Part shown: positions 55,480-64,000 of the stretch, piece after piece | How positions within the stretch are numbered: the stretch's first letter is position 1 | Layout: each line of letters starts with the position of its first letter | Source: Neocallimastix sp. 'constans' | Taxonomy: Eukaryota | Assembly (NCBI GenBank): GCA_050613775.1 | Contig: JBODTK010000015.1 | Coordinates: 310,001-374,000, forward strand | Direction of reading: 5' to 3' | DNA length: 64,000 nt | Translations under genes and position numbers: made by a program | Notes under the pieces: model-generated | Databases searched by the model: none | Seen by the model: only the letters and a program-made list of their open reading frames with translations | What the model was told of the DNA's origin: nothing

Positions 55480-57700
55480 CATATTTCGGATCTAAATTAA
55501 GTTTTTCAAATTATAAAAGAAAAAGGTATCAAAATCAATCCCGAAAAATGTAAGTTTTTTAAAGAATACGTAGAATTATTAGGTCACATGTCTCAATCAA
55601 TGGAGTCTCTCCCATTTCTTCGAAGACCAAGGTAATTTTTGAATGGCTTCCAACGTCAAACATTAACCAGTTACAGTCCTTCTTAGGAGCCGTAGGATAT
55701 TATCGAAAGTTCATTTTTAATTTCGCATCAATCGCTAAACCTCTTTTTAAACTTTTATAGAAAGGTGTGAAATTTTCATAGGGAAGAAAGAAAAAGAAGT
55801 TTCGAAGAATTAAAAAACCGTGTGATTACTGCACCTATTTTATCGATTCCCGATTTTGATAAATAATTTATAATACGAACCGACGACTCGTTTGATGGAA
55901 TAGGCGGAGTACTGTTACAAAAAGACGATGCTGGAAATGAAAAACCTATTCAATTTATAAGCCGTTCTTTAAAGCCAGCAGAAAAAAAATATGGAATCAC
56001 TGACTTGGAAGGAACAGCCGCTTTTTATTGTGTTAAAAATTTAAACCTTATATTTCTGGAAACAAACAAAAAACGTTACTTTTCACCGACCACAAACTAT
56101 TAAAAGACTTTTTAAAAATAAAGAAACAATGAACTCTCGTCAAACCGGATGGGTTTTACTTCTATCTATATTAAAGGTAAATATAATTTACGAGCCAGGG
56201 AAGAAAAATGTCATAGCTGACGCGTTATCCAGGATGAGATTGAAAAATGAAGAAGTAGTAGCAACCTTATTATCTGACCTGAACATTAATATTCACGACA
56301 AATTAATTAGTAAATTTAATGATAAGTTTATCAAGATTAATAACCAAGAATATTTTGTTAATCAAAGATCTCTAAGATAAGTTATAAAAGAAGATAAACA
56401 AAAAATTAAATTAATTCTTGAGGCACACAAGATTGGACATGAAGGGGTATTCAAGACTTATAACCGACTGAAAAGAGACTATTACTGGGTAAACATGATG
56501 ATAGATGTTAAGTATTTTGTCAGTACATATAAAAAATGTCAGTTATTTAAACTGCAGACTTTTAATATCCAAAGGAAGAATATTCCCACAAAACCGGGAT
56601 TACCTTTCACTGTAGTAGGATTGGATATCATAGGGCTATTACCGGTAACAGAAAAAGGAAATCAGTATATTATAGTCTTAGTAGACTACTTAACAAAGTG
56701 GGTAGAAGCTGAGCTCACTGGTACCATTGATTCAAATGATGTAATATTTTTCTTAACTAAGGTATTTTCGAGACACGGTATACCAGAAATTTTAATAACA
56801 GACAATGATCCTCAATTCCGTTCAGAAAAAACTAAGGCATTCCTGGATCTTTATGGGAGTTTATGTAAAATATATTTCTGTTTATCATCCTGAATCAAAT
56901 GGAATGGTAGAAGACAGAAATAAAGAGATTGGGAAATACTTAAGGATATTATGCAATAATAATACACATAAATGGGACGAAATATTTCCTAGTACTCTTT
57001 GGGCCCTCAGAACCCATAAAAATGAGTCAACTAAGTTCTCCAGTTTCGAACTTTTGTATTGTCGTCGAGATTTCCAACCCTTTGAGCTAACTATCAATTT
57101 AGACAAGAAAGAGGACTATGAGAACGAAGAATACCTTATTAGGAAGTTTACTAGACATCACTTATAGATTAAAGAAGCTATAGAAAATATTCTGACCGCC
57201 AATAAGCTATGGGAAGACAGAAGAAACCAAATGAAACAATTAAAAGAAAAATATAAATCAGGAGAACTAGTTTGATTAAAACTATTAATAGGAAAAAACT
57301 TGAGCCTTTCTTTGTAGGACCTCTAAAAATAGTAAAGCAACTATGTAATACAGTAACTTTATGCGACCCCATCACTAATGAAATTGCAAACAGAATTGTG
57401 CACCTAAAAAATATAGTTCCTTACAAATTATGCGAAATTGAAATTTCGGAGAGGAAATCCAACTAAAAAGGGGGCGTCATGTTACGGAACTAGTTAAAAT
57501 ATAATAAATTAAATAAACTAATAATTTAAATTATACTATTGGAAATTATAATTAAGTTGAATAACTTTATATGTTAATTATTTTAAACTATTTTTATAAT
57601 TCCATAATTTATTTATAATTTAAAATAATTATACAAATTATCAAATTAAATTTATTAATGACTAATTATTAAATAATTATTATTTTATATTAATTAAATT
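55480..57700 (+). mobile_element. Decayed Ty3/Gypsy pol 3' half (RT end, RNaseH, integrase) with PPT and start of the 3' LTR
   Basis: FLGAVGYYRKFI, IADALSR, GLDIIG, VDYLTKW, ITDND, HPESNGMVE, FVGPLKI; AAAAAGGGGG PPT then TGTTACGG at 57480; far LTR end not determined. Confidence 0.88.
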
Positions 57701-60700
57701 ATTTTATTATTATATATAATTATTATTTATATTAAATTGCTTTAAGAGTTATATTATCAAAAATATTAACAATAATTTCATTGTTAAATTTATTAATTTT
57801 ATTCTTATTAATATTTTGTCATTAAATAAAATTTTATGAATAATTTTATTAATTATGTCATATAGTAATTATTAATTAATATTATGGTTTTAAAACTTAT
57901 TTACAATAAATTAAATTATTAATAATTATATATTAAATTATAATAATGTATTATTGTATTAAAATAATGATAATTCTATTTAATTAAAGAAAATTAAAGT
58001 ATTTTAAAATGTTAATTTTATTTAATCAAAAAATAATTAAATTATATTATTTCATAGACATTTAATTAAGAAAATTAAAAGAATTAATTATTTAATTATA
58101 CTTGTGATTGAATATTAATAAAATTAATATATAATTAGTTAATAAAATTTCTCCTTTATTCGGGTTTTCTTATCAACTAAAGATTGATGTAATTAAACAC
58201 CAATTGAAATCTATCTAGTTTTTTCTTCTAATCTTTTTCTAGATAGAAATAATTTTCCAAGATTAGAAATCAAAATAATATAAATAGGACTCTTGATTCT
58301 TCTAAAAATAATCAAGAATTATTATTATAAGAAATTATAATAATTAACAAAAATATTTTAAAAAATACTTTTAATAAAAATTTTTATAATAAAATAAATT
58401 CTAAAATACTTTTGATTTTTGGTGTTGTTTATTATAATCTTATAATAAACTCATTAAATTTTAATAAAATATTTTCATTTTCAATATTTTACTTTATTTT
58501 TTACTTTTATCTCAATTAATAATATTTTTTATTATTAATTGTAGAAAGAATTAATTATTAATATAATTAATTATTTTTTATAAATTCTTTTCAGATTTTG
58601 TATACGGAACTGATAAATATTTAAAATTAGAAATAATTATTTATAATAAATACTATTATGTTAACTTACATAGTATAAAAGAAAGATGTAAAAATCTATC
58701 TTTTATGTTTTTTGTAAAATTACCTTAATAGTAATATATTATAGATATTTCATTATTAAATAAAATAAATTATTTTAAAATCAAATTAATTTAATAATTC
58801 TAATTATTAAAGATTATTATAAATAAATTTCTATTAAACTAAACTATTTAAATATTTATTATTATTATTACATGTCTATATATCATATTACTATATAGGC
58901 ATATTGACTTAGTAAAATTTTAATAAAACATATTATTTTATTTAAATTTAAAATATAAAATATATCAAAATCTTAACGAATTAAATGTTAAAAACAGGAC
59001 TGGTCGTATTTACTAATAGAATCAGGTTGATATATCTATATAATATAACTATTTAGATATAAAATAGAATAAAGCTAAAATAGAGAGACAAAATTACCTA
59101 TAACCTTACAAAGAACAAAAAGATAAAATTGAATTTTCTTTTTATACTTTGAAAGTTTAAGAATATTGATAATAATAAAATAAAGTTGATAATAATAATA
59201 TTTAGTTATTTAGTATAATAAGTATATGTTTAATATAAGTAAATTATATTTTTTAATCTAATTTATTAGCTAATATATATAATATAATATCAAAATTAAA
59301 TATTTAATATGATAATTAATAATTAATAATTAATTAATATAACATAAATTAATACATAAGCATTAATTTATGAATTAAGGATGACATGATCAAGTGATCA
59401 TGTTGAATAGTAATTTTTATTTATTAATAATATTTAAGTTTAATATGATATCATTAGAATCAGTAGGCTTAAGCTGGTCCTAAGATGATCAAATAAACTT
59501 ATAATATTAAAAGAATAAATAATGAATTATAAATTTTATTAATTATTTTATTATTAATAATTTAACTGAACTTAATTGAAATTGAAATTTAATTCAGCTG
59601 TAATTTCAACATGAAAAAATATTATTGATATTAATTAAAATAAATGATAAATATTAAAACATTAAAATAATTATAAAATTAGTTATAATAAATTCAATAA
59701 ATATATTAATTATTGTTTTTATTTAATATTGTAATACTTAATTTTTAATAATTTATTTTTCATAATAAATTTTTATTATTAAATTTTTATTATTAAATCT
59801 AATCCAATCAAATAACTTTTTAATTGTATAAAAAGATCAAAGTAGTATAATACTTTGGTTCTCTCTCTTTTTCTTACAACTTTATTATTATATTATTCTT
59901 TTGTTATTTTAGAGTTTAAATAGTAAATTTAAGATAATTAAAATTAAATAAAATTAGTTTAAATAATTAAATAAAATTAGTTTAAATAATAAAATTAAAA
60001 TAGATTGAATAATAAAAATAAAATAGTTTATTTTAAATAAAGTTTAATTAAAAATAATTTAAGTGTTGTTTTAAAGTGTTTTAAGATTTTAGTGTTTAAA
60101 TATAGAGTTAATAATTATAGTTGAATAAGTAAATTATTTAGATTAAGTTAGAAATTATTTTTAGTTAGTTTAGTTTAGTTTAAATTATTTAATATATAGA
60201 TTTCTAAATTAGAATAATAGATTAGAATAATAGAATAGTATTTAAAATTTTCTTTAGTTATTAGAATATATTATTTTATTATTAAAAATCTTCAATACTG
60301 TACCATTTGTAATAGCTATACTAAAATTAAATTTAATTAATTTAACTATTATCTACAATTTCAATATTATTTTTACATCATATTAAAATTGAGAAAAAAA
60401 TTATTTTTATACTTAATTATTTAGAGTTTATTATAATATAATAAACAATAATCAAGCAATAGTAGTTGAAAATTTTTAAAATAAAGAAATATAAAAAAAA
60501 AACTTTTATGATTAATAATTTTTGATATAAATATAAATTTTATTTTATTAGTTATTATTTATTATATTTTCTTAAAATAATAACTATTGATTTCTCAAAA
60601 AGAATTCAAGTGTCCTATTTATATTTTTTCAAAAAAATAAACTGTTAAATAAAGTTATTTTCTAATCTTAACAAAAAATCTATTTAGGAAAAGATTAGAA

Positions 60701-61297
60701 GAAAAACCTAAATATTTTTTTGATCAATATTCTAATCATATTGATCATCGTATAATTAAAGAAAACCTATTTGTTAGGAAAAACTTTAATTATCGATTTT
60801 CTAATTAATTAATAAAATATTATATCTTGATAAGATGGGAATTAATAAAGAAAAGATTTTTTTTCATTTAAAAAATATAGATTAAATAATATGATAGATT
60901 AGATACATTTATAGTTTATAATACATTATAAAATGCATAATTCATTTTAATTAAAATAACTAATATTTTGTGGTAAAATATTAAATACATATTTACATAA
61001 TCTTTTGTAAAAAAGTTCTATTTAAATGAATAATAATAAAAAGTAAATAAATTTTATATTACTTATATAAATGTATAAAATATATTATGTAAATAAATTT
61101 AGATCAATATATATGAAAATATAACTATTAATTAAATTTATAAGTTAAAATCAATGAATATCTTAATTATTATTTAAATAATTATTTTTAAAAAAACAAT
61201 TATTATTTTATAAATAATTATAAATTATTAAAGATTTTTCATTGATTATAAGAAATATTAATTATTCATTATTGAATAATTATGATTTCACACAGTT

Positions 61298-62353
61298 TGA
61301 AACGGGGTGTCACTAATTTCTTTGTATTTCCTATTAAATACTATTATTAATATTATAATAAAAATTATTATTAAATCTTATAAAATTAAATATAATAAAA
61401 ATTAATATTAAATATTCTTATTAAAATCTTTTATTAATATCAAATATAATAAAATTCTTATTAAATATTATAAATTTCTTTTATTAATATCAACTATAAT
61501 AAAAATTATTATTAAATATTCCTATTAAAATCATTTATTAAAATCTAAAATAATAAAAATTATTATTAAATCTTGTTATTAAAATCTTTTATTAATATCA
61601 AATATAATAAAAACTATTATATTTTTATTAAAATCTTTTATTAAAATCAAATATAATAAAAATTATTATTAAATATTCTTATTAAAAATTAAATATAATT
61701 TAAATTATTATTAAATCTTATTATTTTCATATATAGTACAATAAAAACCTATTAAATAAATGTATGATATGAAATACAGAATTATAAATTTCTGTATAAT
61801 ATTATTTAAACCTTTGAATTAAACTATGAATAAAATAAAAAATCAAAACTAAATTATTTATTAAAATAAAAATGAACTAAAATACAGAAATTCTTCAAAA
61901 ACAAAAATGATCAAAAAATATAGAAAACATCAATTCTGTATAATTTTCTCTCTGAAGACAATATCAAGAAGAAGCTACTGCCGGGAATGCCCTTTGTGGT
62001 ACAACTTCCAAATTTAATTTTTATAGTTTAATTTAATAAATGTTATTTTTTTTAACAATATAAATAATATTAAAAGTAATTTAAAATAATAGTTAAAAGT
62101 TAAAATAAAATAGTTAGAATAGTTTTTTTTATAAAGAATATAATAAAAATAAATAAAATGTATTAAAATAAAAGTATAAGAAAAAGAATAAATTTCTTTC
62201 TTTTTAATAATTGGAATAAATAATTTTAGTTTTAAATTTAAATAAATATTATTTTAAAAATTAATTTTTTTGTTTCCAAATTTATTTTCATCTTTGTTAA
62301 TATTTATTTTTTTTGTTTTGAATATTTTAGTGTTTCAACCCCAGTCCATATCA
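61298..62353. mobile_element. Second, inverted and shorter copy of the 44397-46583 element
   Basis: Begins TGAAACGGGGTGTCACTAA and ends CAACCCAGTCCATATCA; colinear in reverse complement, including the GGGCATTCC(C/G)GG island; few minisatellite units; no clean TSD. Confidence 0.85.
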
Positions 62354-63290
62354 GATTCGTTACAGGCCCAATAATGGAAGATTGGGAAAATATCTTAAAA
62401 ATATATAAGAATCTTAAAGGAACTATTAATTATGGAATCAATTTTACCAAGAATAATAAAATAAAAGCATTTATCGACGCGAATTAATCTGGGGATAAGG
62501 AAACCAGGAAATCAACAACCGGTTTTATTATAACAATAGGAAATACACTTATAAGTCGGTGTTCCAGGCTTCAACGTTCTGTGTCTACATCTAGTGCAGA
62601 ATCCGAATATAACAGCTTAAGTGAATGTGGAAAACATTGTGCTTGGTATCTTGTTCAATGAGCTAAATCAAAACTTAAAATGTATTTCAACATAGATAAT
62701 AAAGACGCAATCTATAATAGCAAGAATCAAACCATTAATCTAAGAACGAAACATATCAATATCAGAATGCATTACATAAGGGAACTCATTAAAGAAAACA
62801 AAATACATCTTAAATATATTAAATCAGAACACAACCTCGCCGATGGATTCACTAAGTATTTGAATAGCACATTAATTGTTAAATTTAGAAACTTTATATA
62901 ATATGATAGTAAAGAGCTAAATTTTTAAATTTAAAAATCCAAATATATTTCAAAATGAATATATATTTGAGAGGGAGTGTTAAAATATAAAAATAGTAAC
63001 ATATTAATATTTTATAAAAGTATTAAAATAGTAAAACATCTATATTTAATTTATATGAACCAATAATAATTAATGTATTTATATTAAATAATAATTTATA
63101 AAATATAAAAGTGAATGTAATGATTTAATGTAAAAAAACGACAACTCTTGAAACCATAATTATAAAATAATATAATAAAGTATTATATAATAATATCTAA
63201 TTAAAATAGTTTTACCTTTTTGTACTTTTTAAATATATGCTATTCTAATATTTATCATAATAAAGATATTTTTTATTTCTAAAAAATTAT
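62354..63290 (+). mobile_element. Copia 3' end (RNaseH, PPT, LTR)
   Basis: RKSTTG, SSAESEY, RTKHINIRMHYIRE and LADGFTK; PPT GAGAGGGAG then TGTTAA at 62978. Confidence 0.8.
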
Positions 63291-63789
63291 AAGTCTCAAT
63301 CTACTAATTAAACTTGAACCAAAATAAATTAAAGTAATAATTTAAATTAAATTTTTAATAGTCTATTTTATTTAAAAAAAATAAAGAACTAATAAATAAT
63401 TACTTTTATTATTGATTATATTTTTATTTATTATTTAATTGAATCCATAAGAAATAAAGGTATTTTTTAATCAACTATAAATAAAATTATAATTAAAAAT
63501 AAAATAAAAATATCATCAAATTGAAAATTAAATAGACAACTAATGATATTAACATAAATTTGAAATTAAAAAACTACTTTTAATATAAAAGTAAATTTTA
63601 ATTAAAAAATAATAATAAAAAATTAATTAATAAATAAAATTATAAATAAATCATATTACATTTTTATCAAATATATTAAAACAAAATTATGAAATCAATC
63701 AATGAGTAAAAAAGTTATTAATAAAACGAAGTCTTTTTAAATAAAAAAATAAATTTAGTTAAAGTGATCACAATTACATTCACTTCTAA

Positions 63790-64000
63790 AAAGACTAAAA
63801 GTCTCAATCCAATATCGAAATTTAATAAAATAGTATAATCATATACAAATAAAAAAGTAAATTATTAATTATAAATAAAAGGAAAATGAATGAAGTTTTG
63901 ACATGATTTTCCACAAGCAATACCTTAACCAGAGAAAACTATAGAATCTGGTTAAATGAAATAAGCTTACTGGCATCTTCAAATGGTGTAAGAGAATATT
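63790..64000 (+). mobile_element. Probable start of another Copia (degenerate PBS and gag N-terminus), running off the window
   Basis: GACTAAAAGTCTCA resembles the shared PBS; LTRENYRIWLNEI resembles the LxxxNYxxW gag start. Confidence 0.5.

Noticed and set aside
57700..61290. Genes or RNA genes in the long AT-rich stretch
   Set aside because: No ORFs or exon patterns recognised; a diverged inverted similarity (about 58150-58270 versus 60660-60785) suggests old LTR remnants that I cannot delimit
44397..62353. One 18-kb transposon (Polinton or Starship-like) bounded by long TIRs
   Set aside because: Each arm is a self-contained TG...CA unit, the left one has its own TSD, the copies are diverged, and the interior is retroelement debris with no polymerase or recombinase

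Overview
Eukaryotic, extremely AT-rich, transposon-dense genomic DNA. The AT content, GT-AG introns and secreted subtilase + chitin-binding CBM18 genes suggest an anaerobic gut fungus (Neocallimastigomycota); this assignment is inference. There are three host genes. Two are intronless secreted S8 protease-CBM18 paralogs (6299-8755 and 33480-36229, minus strand). The third is a spliced secreted LRR gene that the ORF track misses (14161-17495, plus strand). Its repeats sit one per 66-nt phase-2 exon, every codon difference between related exons changes the amino acid, and one intron carries three scars of excised exons. The rest is mobile and repetitive DNA: two LTR-complete Ty1/Copia elements (18229-21891 lacking integrase; 37569-43779 near-intact with TG...TA ends), many Copia and Gypsy fragments, two decayed LINEs, two copies of a solo-LTR-like element with an internal minisatellite, a tRNA-derived SINE candidate with a hammerhead-like motif, and an AT satellite that repeatedly receives insertions. 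Four distinct Copia families share a primer-binding site complementary to the anticodon arm of tRNA-Lys(CUU). Everything was read by eye, so boundaries of decayed fragments are approximate.
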